Shown piece by piece: positions 8,894 through 16,642 of a stretch of 25,369 bases of DNA (position 1 is its first letter; the number at the start of each line of letters is the position of its first letter). The DNA is from a virus (lineage: Duplodnaviria; Caudoviricetes). The DNA is taken from IMG/VR virus record IMGVR_UViG_3300044878_000140, positions 1 to 25,369 of that record; one strand, written 5' to 3'. The position numbers were made by a program, and so were the translations under genes. Under the pieces are notes generated by a model. That model saw only the letters and a list, made by a program, of their open reading frames with translations, did not search any database and was not told where the DNA came from.

Positions 8894-9967
8894 ATGGCGT
8901 GGCGCGTGTTCTCCGTCAGCACGTCCAACTGGACGTCCAAGATCGAACTCACCCCGTCGACGTCCACGTGGGCGCGGGCGCTCGGTTCGGGCAAGGGCGG
9001 CAGTACCGAGTTCAACGTCCGGGACGCGGACGTGGCATTGACGGCGACCGAGACGAACCTCGCCCCGTGGAAGCGCATGATCGTCATGGACTTCTACGGC
9101 GTCATCATCTACGCCGGGTTCATCACCGGCTACTCGGTGAACCGGACCTCCGGGACGGTGACCGTCACGCACGAGGACATCTACTCGCTGCTGGCCCGCC
9201 GCGTCATGGCGGACATCCTCTCCGACGGTGTGCAGGCCCGGCCGGCGCTGGTCTACACGGGAGTGTCCCTGTCGATGCTGATCAAGCAGGCCGTCTATCA
9301 GGGCCAGAACGACGCCGCACGGTTCAACCTGCCCATCGTCCTGCCCGCGGACGCGTCAGGCGGGTACAACCACACGTACGACCCGTGGAACCTGCCGACC
9401 GTGGCGGCCGTCCTGGATGACATCACGTCCACGGAGAACGCCCCGGACATGGACCTCAGCCCCCGCTGGACCGGCGGCGGATCCATCGAGTGGGTCCTGC
9501 TCTCGGGCAACCTGACGAGCGGGACGTGGGACTGGGAGCTGGACGTTCCGGAGTCCACCGCCTCGAACCTGCTGATCCGCCGGGACGGGGCCGGTATGGC
9601 GAACCGGATCGCGGCCGTCGGTGAGGGGTCGGAGAAGAAGATGCTGCTGTCCGTCGCTGACGGGTCCGGCACCTCCGACTTCCTGCCCCTGGACAAGGTC
9701 GTCTCCTACAAGTCCGAGAAGGTCCAGGCTGACCTCGCCGCGAGGGCCCGCGCCGACCTGGCGAAGTTCTCCCGCGCCACCGAGCAAGTCTCCATGGACG
9801 TGCAGATGAACGAGGACTTTTCCGTGAACCAGCTCAGCCTCGGCGGCACAGTCAACTGGCATCTGAAGGATGACCTGTTCCTCGCCCCCGGCTGGCGGTC
9901 CTCCCGCCTCATCGAATACTCCGGCGACCTGTCCCTGTCCGTCCATCTTGAATTCCAGTCCACCTAG
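8894..9967 (+). CDS. Minor tail protein (baseplate hub, Tal-like)
   Basis: AGGAGG SD before ATG 8894 (the track's 8645 start is too far upstream); 'ANRIAAVGEGSE' motif; synteny. Confidence 0.78.
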   Translation: MAWRVFSVSTSNWTSKIELTPSTSTWARALGSGKGGSTEFNVRDADVALTATETNLAPWKRMIVMDFYGVIIYAGFITGYSVNRTSGTVTVTHEDIYSLLARRVMADILSDGVQARPALVYTGVSLSMLIKQAVYQGQNDAARFNLPIVLPADASGGYNHTYDPWNLPTVAAVLDDITSTENAPDMDLSPRWTGGGSIEWVLLSGNLTSGTWDWELDVPESTASNLLIRRDGAGMANRIAAVGEGSEKKMLLSVADGSGTSDFLPLDKVVSYKSEKVQADLAARARADLAKFSRATEQVSMDVQMNEDFSVNQLSLGGTVNWHLKDDLFLAPGWRSSRLIEYSGDLSLSVHLEFQST

Positions 9968-9975
9968 GAGGCCCC

Positions 9976-10728
9976 GTGGGTAAGTTCGACAACCTCAACG
10001 ACAGCCAAGTGGCGGACATCTGGAAGGCGATCCGGGATCTCCAGACCGCCTCGCCGAACAACAACTCTGCCATCGGCCGCGGCGGGCTGCTGGTCTACGA
10101 CGGCGGCGTGATCACCATCGAAAACGGCGGCCTCGTCGTCACGGGTGAGGCCAGCATCATCGGCCGGCTGGTCGCGTCCGGGATCATCGACTTCACCGGT
10201 GACGTGACGATCTCCGGGCCCCTCGACGTCGAAGGCCTCATGACGCTCGTCGGTGACCTCGTCGTGGCATCCGGCGGGAAGATCACCGCGGGGTCCATCG
10301 AACTCAACCCGGACGGCTCCGCGAAGTTCGGGACCATGACCATCAGCCCGGCCGGGAAGATCACCTCCGGATCCGCCGAGATCAACCCCGACGGGTCGGT
10401 GAAGTTCGGATCCCTCACCATCGACACTAACGGCAAGGTGACCGCCGGCGGCATGACCATCGACCCGGCACTGTTCGGCGGAAGCATCCAGTTCGCTGCC
10501 GGCGGCTACTTGTCCGGCACGGCCTCCGGGCCTCAGCTCACCGGGCCATCAGGTAACGCCTTCGTCTATGCGAAGAACGGCGTTGCGGGCATCCAGGCGG
10601 CAAGCGTCGAACTGGTAGGCGATGTGACGGCACAGGGCGGACTGAAAGTAACTTTCCCGGGAACCACGACCGGGGTGCCTGCGAATCTCTACATGGACGG
10701 CGCCGGGAACATCCGGAAGATTATCTAG
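9976..10728 (+). CDS. Minor tail protein with Gly-rich beta repeats
   Basis: AGGAGG SD, GTG start; short N-terminal helix then beta-strand/Gly repeats. Confidence 0.75.
   Translation: MGKFDNLNDSQVADIWKAIRDLQTASPNNNSAIGRGGLLVYDGGVITIENGGLVVTGEASIIGRLVASGIIDFTGDVTISGPLDVEGLMTLVGDLVVASGGKITAGSIELNPDGSAKFGTMTISPAGKITSGSAEINPDGSVKFGSLTIDTNGKVTAGGMTIDPALFGGSIQFAAGGYLSGTASGPQLTGPSGNAFVYAKNGVAGIQAASVELVGDVTAQGGLKVTFPGTTTGVPANLYMDGAGNIRKII
10276..10470 (+). repeat. About 2.5 copies of a 78-nt (26-aa) intragenic tandem repeat
   Basis: GKITAGSIELNPDGSAKFGTMTISPA / GKITSGSAEINPDGSVKFGSLTIDTN / GKVTAG..., starting at 10276, 10354 and 10432. Confidence 0.8.
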
Positions 10729-11129
10729 CGATCGGTGTTGTATGCCGTGCAGAAGTTACGGCTGGCGTACACGGCAATCGCCCCGGCGTTATCCCACTCG
10801 ATTTCCGTGGTTCCGCCCAGCGCCCCGATCTCGCCCATGTCAAGACCCTTGCCGAACTGGACGCACGCCTCAGCCCCTCGGCCAACCAGCACATCATCCG
10901 CTGGAATTTCTCCGCCGCGCCAGTTCTTCTTGACGCCGGCCAGGAACTTGTCCAGGTTCGTCGGGTCGGTGAACTCCGGCGCGAGGGTGGCCGTGGGGGC
11001 CGGCGCGGCAACCAGCGGGGCAACACCCTTCAGTGGTGCGGCTGACTCGGAAGGTGCAGGCGCGGCCTGAGCGGCGCACCCGGTCAGTGCAAGCGCGGCC
11101 AAAAGGATGAGTCCCCCAAGTTTTCCCAT
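10725..11129 (-). CDS. Lipoprotein, DUF732-like (candidate superinfection-exclusion moron)
   Basis: Signal peptide with lipobox LTGC, Pro/Ala linker, then 'FL..V...G..AC...G...A...FC' two-Cys pattern. Confidence 0.78.
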   Translation of the reverse strand: MGKLGGLILLAALALTGCAAQAAPAPSESAAPLKGVAPLVAAPAPTATLAPEFTDPTNLDKFLAGVKKNWRGGEIPADDVLVGRGAEACVQFGKGLDMGEIGALGGTTEIEWDNAGAIAVYASRNFCTAYNTDR

Positions 11130-11135
11130 GCCGCG

Positions 11136-11164
11136 AGTTTAGCGGCCCCTGCCCCGAATTAAAA
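11136..11164 (-). promoter_or_regulatory. Leaderless promoter for the lipoprotein gene
   Basis: Minus strand TTTTAA-17-TAAACT-6-ATG; no SD present. Confidence 0.6.
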
Positions 11165-11210
11165 CCCCAAGGCCTCCGGGCCTTCATCCCCCATGCCCAG
11201 GAGGCAGCAC

Positions 11211-13232
11211 ATGGCACTCGCCACCGTAACGGGTTCGCTCAAGGATCTCAGCCTTGTCAGTCTGGGCAACCGCTCGCCTGAGTTGGTGTTCGAGCTTGAC
11301 GGTGATCTTGTTACCGCCGGCTCGGGGACGCTGATCCCGGACGAGCCGATCACTGTTATTCCTGACAGTGGCGGGTCTTTCAGTGTGGACTTGCATCCGA
11401 CCGCGGACACGAACCCTTATGCCCCGTACAAGCTGACTGTCAATTGGCAGTCGAAGGGCATCAACCGGAGCGTCACCCCGAGCTGGCGGATTGTTGTTCC
11501 GACTGGCGGCGGGGCTATTGCTTCCATGATCGCCATTGTTACGCCGACGAGGATCATCACGAAGGGCGACCCGGGCACGCCTGGTAACGCGCTTCAGCAG
11601 GCCGCGATTGATGCGCTGACGGCGAAGAACGTCACGCAGGACACGGCCATCACGGCGGCGCTCACGGACGGCAAGGCCTACACGGACACTAAGGGCAACG
11701 CGCTCGGCGTCCGCATCGACAATGTCGAGTCGAAGAACACGGAGCAGGACGGGCGCCTCAACGGCACGCTGCTGGCGGCGGGCACCAACGCTAACACCAT
11801 CATGACGACGAGTAAGACCACGGCCCCGGCTGATGCTGCATGGGCTTCGCTGAACTACCCCGGGCCGGGCGTGAATGCCTTTGACACGTTCTTCTGGTCT
11901 GCCACCAACGGCATCCAGCTGGCCCGTACATACGGCGCTGGGAGCCGTCAGTCCTTCCGATTCCGCAACAGTTCCGGCTGGCAGCCATGGGAGTCCACCG
12001 ATACCCGCATAGACCTCGTAGAGGCTGTCAATGCGGCGCAGACGGCTCGGGTGGACGATCTGGTTGCTTCGGGGCTGGGGACGGGCTGGACTGTCCTGTC
12101 CAACGACGTCGTCGCGTTCGCTGTTGTGGATGCGTCCCGGCGGCGTTCCGATCTTGAGATTGCCAAGGACGGCAAGCTGACTCAGCGCGTCGTTGACTCA
12201 CTGAAGGTTCGGATGGGTATCAGCGCCGATGCGCTCGTGCCCGAAGTGTCCGGCAGTAAGGTCTACCTGAACACCCCGTCAACGGGCGGGCGCGTGCTGC
12301 TGGGCACCATCACAGGCGCGAGCAACCCGACACTACTGGATCAGTCCACCGTGCGGGTAGAGACGGGCAGCGGGCCGCAGTGGATCAACGCCACGACAGG
12401 CGCCGGGCAACCCGTGTTCCCGACCGTGAACTGGGCTACGTGGGGCGACTCACTCACCTACAACCAGGCTACCGGGCAGGCGTCCCCGACGTGGCAGGAA
12501 ATCATGGCCGCCGACCTCGGCGTGACCGTCTACAACGGCGGGCGCGGCGGGCAGGCATCGGGTGAAATCGCGGTACGGCAGGGCGGGCTTCGTCCACTGC
12601 TCACCGTGACTGGCAACAGCATCCCGGCATCGGGGACTGTGACCGTGACGGCCATTTCCCCCACGGACGGATGGCGCCCGTCCGGCACGTCAGTCCTCGC
12701 CATGGAGGGCACGCTCGCCGGCATCCCCGGCACCCTCTACCACGACGCCTCCACGGGCGCCTGGACGTTCACGAGGGACGCTAGCGGATCCGTCACGGCC
12801 TGCCCCGCCGCTACGGCGTTCATCGGCACCGAGGGCGTGAACAAGCGGGCGGACAACGTCATCATCTGGGCGGGCACGAACAACACCTCCCAGCCGACAG
12901 CGATCCTCCGCGACATTGCTTCGATGGTCGACTGGCTCACCCCCTACGACAAGCGCTACCTCATCATCGGCCTGACGACTCCCGGCAACGAGAGCATCAA
13001 CGCATCCCTTGCCGCGACCTACGGGAACCGGTTCGAGGATCTGCGCGCCTACATGATTAGCAGCGGACTCGCGGCGGCGGGCATCACCCCCACCACGGAT
13101 GACACGGCAGCCATTGCGGCGAACAACATCCCGCCCTCGCTCATGACGGACGCAACCCACTTCAACCAGGCCGGATACAACGTCATCGGCGCCCGATTCG
13201 CGGCACGCATTCGCGCCCGCAACTGGAACTAA
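11211..13232 (+). CDS. Tail fibre/spike with C-terminal SGNH/GDSL esterase
   Basis: AGGAGG SD, ATG 11211; N-terminal anchor, coiled coil and knob-like segment; SGNH blocks WGDSLT, GRGGQ, WAGTNN and DATH are all intact. Confidence 0.85.
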   Translation: MALATVTGSLKDLSLVSLGNRSPELVFELDGDLVTAGSGTLIPDEPITVIPDSGGSFSVDLHPTADTNPYAPYKLTVNWQSKGINRSVTPSWRIVVPTGGGAIASMIAIVTPTRIITKGDPGTPGNALQQAAIDALTAKNVTQDTAITAALTDGKAYTDTKGNALGVRIDNVESKNTEQDGRLNGTLLAAGTNANTIMTTSKTTAPADAAWASLNYPGPGVNAFDTFFWSATNGIQLARTYGAGSRQSFRFRNSSGWQPWESTDTRIDLVEAVNAAQTARVDDLVASGLGTGWTVLSNDVVAFAVVDASRRRSDLEIAKDGKLTQRVVDSLKVRMGISADALVPEVSGSKVYLNTPSTGGRVLLGTITGASNPTLLDQSTVRVETGSGPQWINATTGAGQPVFPTVNWATWGDSLTYNQATGQASPTWQEIMAADLGVTVYNGGRGGQASGEIAVRQGGLRPLLTVTGNSIPASGTVTVTAISPTDGWRPSGTSVLAMEGTLAGIPGTLYHDASTGAWTFTRDASGSVTACPAATAFIGTEGVNKRADNVIIWAGTNNTSQPTAILRDIASMVDWLTPYDKRYLIIGLTTPGNESINASLAATYGNRFEDLRAYMISSGLAAAGITPTTDDTAAIAANNIPPSLMTDATHFNQAGYNVIGARFAARIRARNWN

Positions 13233-13245
13233 GGAGCGCCGCTAG

Positions 13246-14130
13246 ATGGCAAACGGAAAACTACAGGTGCTCGACATTGAGTTCACCGGCTCGCCCGAAT
13301 ACCTGAACGCAATTGACCGGGTGGAGGCGGCCGGTTCGCTGCTGCTCATCGAGGCCGCCCACACCCTCGGCACGTTCCCGTCCGGGGTGCCGGTCAACGG
13401 TGCGAAGATCACCAACCTTGTCCGCGACGTCGCAGCCCACACGCTCGGCGTCACGGACAAGACCACACTCGACGCTCCCATGCAGGTAATTGGCATGTCC
13501 GGGACCGCGGGCAAGATCGAACGCACCCCACGCGGCGGCATCCACGCGATCCAGTCCCAGACGATGACCGGCAGCAACCTTGGCTTTCAGGCGCAGATCC
13601 CGTTGGCGATCATCACCTACATCAAAGCCAACCCCACCCACAGCTACTACTTCTCGCACTGGGCGAAACCGACCCTGCTCGGCAGCGGCACCATCGACCT
13701 GTACGGCGGCGCGACACAATCCGCATCCGACTCGTACCTGTTCGGGCTGGGCACCGTGGCGGCCGGCGGATCACAGGGCGGCACCTCCCTCGGCATTGCA
13801 GGATCCGGGCGCGGCGTACTCAACACGCCCATGCTCCGCAACCAGGGCGTCACCAACCCGTCAACGAGCTTCACCGGGCAGACCAACACGGCCAGCCGAT
13901 ACTCCATCTTTGAACTCGGCAACTTCATGTCCCCCAACGCGGGCGCGGGAAAGTCCGGCTTCCACGGCTCGACCGTGTTCTACCGCGGCTACATCGAAGA
14001 CCTGACAGTCTCCGGCCGCACCTACGCCGCAGCATCCGCCGCCGACCTCACTGAGTTCAATAAGCAGTTCGGATCCGGGGGCCGATACTACGGCGACACC
14101 GTCACCACCGACCCGACGACCATCCCGTAA
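13246..14130 (+). CDS. Putative tail-appendage partner protein (beta-rich)
   Basis: AAGGAG SD; 294 aa, Gly/Ser/Thr-rich; follows the SGNH fibre gene. Confidence 0.6.
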   Translation: MANGKLQVLDIEFTGSPEYLNAIDRVEAAGSLLLIEAAHTLGTFPSGVPVNGAKITNLVRDVAAHTLGVTDKTTLDAPMQVIGMSGTAGKIERTPRGGIHAIQSQTMTGSNLGFQAQIPLAIITYIKANPTHSYYFSHWAKPTLLGSGTIDLYGGATQSASDSYLFGLGTVAAGGSQGGTSLGIAGSGRGVLNTPMLRNQGVTNPSTSFTGQTNTASRYSIFELGNFMSPNAGAGKSGFHGSTVFYRGYIEDLTVSGRTYAAASAADLTEFNKQFGSGGRYYGDTVTTDPTTIP

Positions 14131-14132
14131 AC

Positions 14133-14166
14133 GTGTGGCCCCGACTCATCACAGCCGGGGCCACAC
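14133..14166 (+). promoter_or_regulatory. Stem-loop between tail and lysis modules
   Basis: GTGTGGCCCCG...CGGGGCCACAC 11-bp perfect arms; no U tract. Confidence 0.6.
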
Positions 14167-14204
14167 TACCCACGCATGAACAAGCCTTATAGGAGGCCGC
14201 CCGG

Positions 14205-14678
14205 ATGGGTGAAATACACACTACCCCTGAAGGGGCGGACCAATTGCGTGATATAAGCGCCCGGCGACGGGTTGTGATCGGCAGGAATATCATCCTGACA
14301 ATGGGCGCACTGTACGCCCTACGTCAGTCCATCTACTACGCCACCATAGGCCCCAATTCCCTCTCTGGGGCTCAGCAAATCATCACGGCGAACGGGAATG
14401 CGCTCGGCATCTGGTCGGCGCTCTGGGGCCTCGTTCTGGTCTTCTGTGTGACTGACATGGTGAACCGGCACACCCGCCACGGACTGAGCGTCCTTGTGGG
14501 CACGTCGTTCGCGTGGGGCACCGGATACCTCATCATCTGGGGCGCTACCGGGTTCCAAGACTTCCAGCTAGTGAACGCCGCTATTGGTTGGATCGCACCC
14601 GCCGTGTTCATCTTCGGATTTCTACTGAAGGTCAACGCACTCCAGGACATGCTTCGCGGTCAGCCGGGGGGCAAGTAA
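14205..14678 (+). CDS. Membrane protein (about 4 TM) in lysis cassette
   Basis: AGGAGG SD; four hydrophobic segments. Confidence 0.75.
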   Translation: MGEIHTTPEGADQLRDISARRRVVIGRNIILTMGALYALRQSIYYATIGPNSLSGAQQIITANGNALGIWSALWGLVLVFCVTDMVNRHTRHGLSVLVGTSFAWGTGYLIIWGATGFQDFQLVNAAIGWIAPAVFIFGFLLKVNALQDMLRGQPGGK

Positions 14679-14965
14679 TGGATTGGGCTGTTGCCGGGCC
14701 TTACGTCACGGGTGTCATTGCCGCTGCTGTCGCCGTCCTTGTGGCGAAAATGCAAAACAGGGGCAGGCCCGAGAACGCACTCATTGACCAGTTGCAGGAA
14801 GAACTCGCCCGCCACTCGTCCCGCATCGGCTCGCTCGAATCTGAGCAGACGAAAGCGCAACGCCGCGAACGGATCCGCGACGACTACATAAACAAGCTGC
14901 GCCGCCACATCGAGGACGGCAACCCTCCACCGCCGCCCGTATGGCCTGACGGCCTCTACGACTAG
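14678..14965 (+). CDS. Single-TM coiled-coil lysis accessory protein
   Basis: TAATG overlap at 14676-14680; N-terminal TM helix, coiled coil and C-terminal PPPPVWP motif. Confidence 0.75.
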   Translation: MDWAVAGPYVTGVIAAAVAVLVAKMQNRGRPENALIDQLQEELARHSSRIGSLESEQTKAQRRERIRDDYINKLRRHIEDGNPPPPPVWPDGLYD

Positions 14966-14973
14966 GAGTCGCC

Positions 14974-15663
14974 ATGACATTCACGCAGACGGTTACGCCG
15001 AACCCCCACATCCCTTGTCAGCCCGGCTGGTGCCTTCAGTACGTGCGGCAGGCCTACGGACTACCCGCCGCATACCCTACCGCTACCGCCGCATGGGAAG
15101 CCTCAGCGAGCCAGCACCGGGACCGCGACTTTCCCGCTGGCGTCTGGTATCCGATCTGGTTCTCACTAGCGAACGAACCGGCCGGGCACGTCGCACTCGT
15201 CGCCCCTGACGGTTCCGTGTTCTCGACGTCGGACCTCAGCAACAAGCCGCACCAGCACCTCGACATATCCGACCTGATGAACTACTACGCCCGCTACGGC
15301 ATGACGCTCACCTATCGCGGCTGGACCGAGGACGTCGCCGGATACCAGGTCATCGCACCCGCCGGCATCAACCCGCAAGGCACCATCACACCCCAGGAGG
15401 ACGAATTGTCAGCAGCAGATGTTGAACGCATCATCAATGAAATCAACGCCGCCAACGAGGCCAAGCACCTCACTACCCGGCAGGCCGTGAACGACGCCCG
15501 CGACTCGGTCAACTTCAACACTCAGCGGCAGGTTGAAGCTGTGGGCCGCGTGACTCAGCAGCTCATCCTCGACAACGCGAGCCCAGCCGACATCGCCGCA
15601 TCCATCCCCGCCGGCATCGCCAAGCAGGTCGCTGACGAACTCGCGAAGCGGCTGGTGAAGTGA
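14974..15663 (+). CDS. Endolysin (CHAP/NlpC-P60-like Cys-His peptidase with helical C-terminal domain)
   Basis: 'GWCLQYVRQAYG...TATAAW' and 'GHVAL' catalytic Cys/His, plus 'YRGWTED'; adjacent to the holin gene. Confidence 0.85.
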   Translation: MTFTQTVTPNPHIPCQPGWCLQYVRQAYGLPAAYPTATAAWEASASQHRDRDFPAGVWYPIWFSLANEPAGHVALVAPDGSVFSTSDLSNKPHQHLDISDLMNYYARYGMTLTYRGWTEDVAGYQVIAPAGINPQGTITPQEDELSAADVERIINEINAANEAKHLTTRQAVNDARDSVNFNTQRQVEAVGRVTQQLILDNASPADIAASIPAGIAKQVADELAKRLVK

Positions 15664-15920
15664 TGGGCGACCACGCGGCCCCACAGTCCACCCAGACGGC
15701 CTACCCGTGGCGCGCTACCGTCCGTACCGCCTTCGCCTTCCTGATCGGCCTAGCAGCCTCCTGGGCCCTGATCATCCAGGCCGCAGGGATCGACCCCGGC
15801 ATTGAGTGGGCGGCAACTTCCCTGACCGTAGCCGCCGGCATTACCCGCGTGATGGCACTACCCGCAGTGGATGACCTTATCCGTCGCTTCGCCCCGTTCC
15901 TCGCCCCTGACAAGGAGTAA
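15663..15920 (+). CDS. Holin
   Basis: Two TM helices; 'PWRATVRTAF' and 'ITRVMALP.V...L' motifs of actinophage holins. GTG 15660 is an alternative start. Confidence 0.8.
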   Translation: MGDHAAPQSTQTAYPWRATVRTAFAFLIGLAASWALIIQAAGIDPGIEWAATSLTVAAGITRVMALPAVDDLIRRFAPFLAPDKE

Positions 15921-15922
15921 CC

Positions 15923-16639
15923 ATGACCTACCCAGCCGGGGTGCAGCTAGCTACGCTGACCTTCAGCAACCCCACCACGTTCCTCGGCAACTCGGCGACA
16001 AAGACGGAGGTCACGTTTCAGTCGACGGCCGGCGTCGTGTGGGCCGCGACGGGTGAGCCGATCGATGACTTCTCCGAAACCGTGGCTCCGGGCCCGGGCC
16101 TGCCGGGATCCCTGACTGCCCCGTTCGTGGATCAGGCCGGGTTCACGGACCAGGCCGGGAGCACGTTCACGATGTGGGCGTACGTCGTCACCCGGACGAC
16201 CTACTTCGGCACGGCGAAGAAGGAGGTCCGGAAGAACTGGCAGCCCGTCCTCGGCCAGACCACCGTCGACTTCGACAACCTGCCCGGCGGCAATATCGGG
16301 CTCCCGGTGTCCGCGCCCATCGTGCCGGTTACTTCCGTTGCAGGCGTAACCGGCGCTGTTGGCGCAGAACCGCTCGCCGACGCCATCTCCGCGTACCTGC
16401 CGGCCGACGCCTCCAAGCTGGACGCCTCGCAGAAGGGCGCCGCGTCCGGTGTCGCGCCGCTTGACTCGGGCTTGCGCGTGCCGGAAGCGAACCTACCCGC
16501 CGGACTCGCAGCAGCGGCACTTAATGCCACCTTTGTCCGGTTCGTTGACCTCGCCGGAAACCCCATCTCAGCCCGTCACGTCACCATCAAGGTTGACACC
16601 AGTACGTGGGAAATCGCCGACATCGTAGCGGAGGCCTAA
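15923..16639 (+). CDS. Tail-appendage anchor/adapter protein
   Basis: AAGGAG SD; 'VTSVAGVTGAV', 'KGAASGVAPLDSG.RVP..NLP' and 'ALNATF' segments typical of fibre linkers. Confidence 0.65.
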   Translation: MTYPAGVQLATLTFSNPTTFLGNSATKTEVTFQSTAGVVWAATGEPIDDFSETVAPGPGLPGSLTAPFVDQAGFTDQAGSTFTMWAYVVTRTTYFGTAKKEVRKNWQPVLGQTTVDFDNLPGGNIGLPVSAPIVPVTSVAGVTGAVGAEPLADAISAYLPADASKLDASQKGAASGVAPLDSGLRVPEANLPAGLAAAALNATFVRFVDLAGNPISARHVTIKVDTSTWEIADIVAEA

Positions 16640-16642
16640 GCA

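Noticed and set aside
15660-15665. Holin dual start (GTG-ATG)
   Set aside because: No charged residue lies between the two starts as in lambda S107/S105; it is explained by stop/start overlap.
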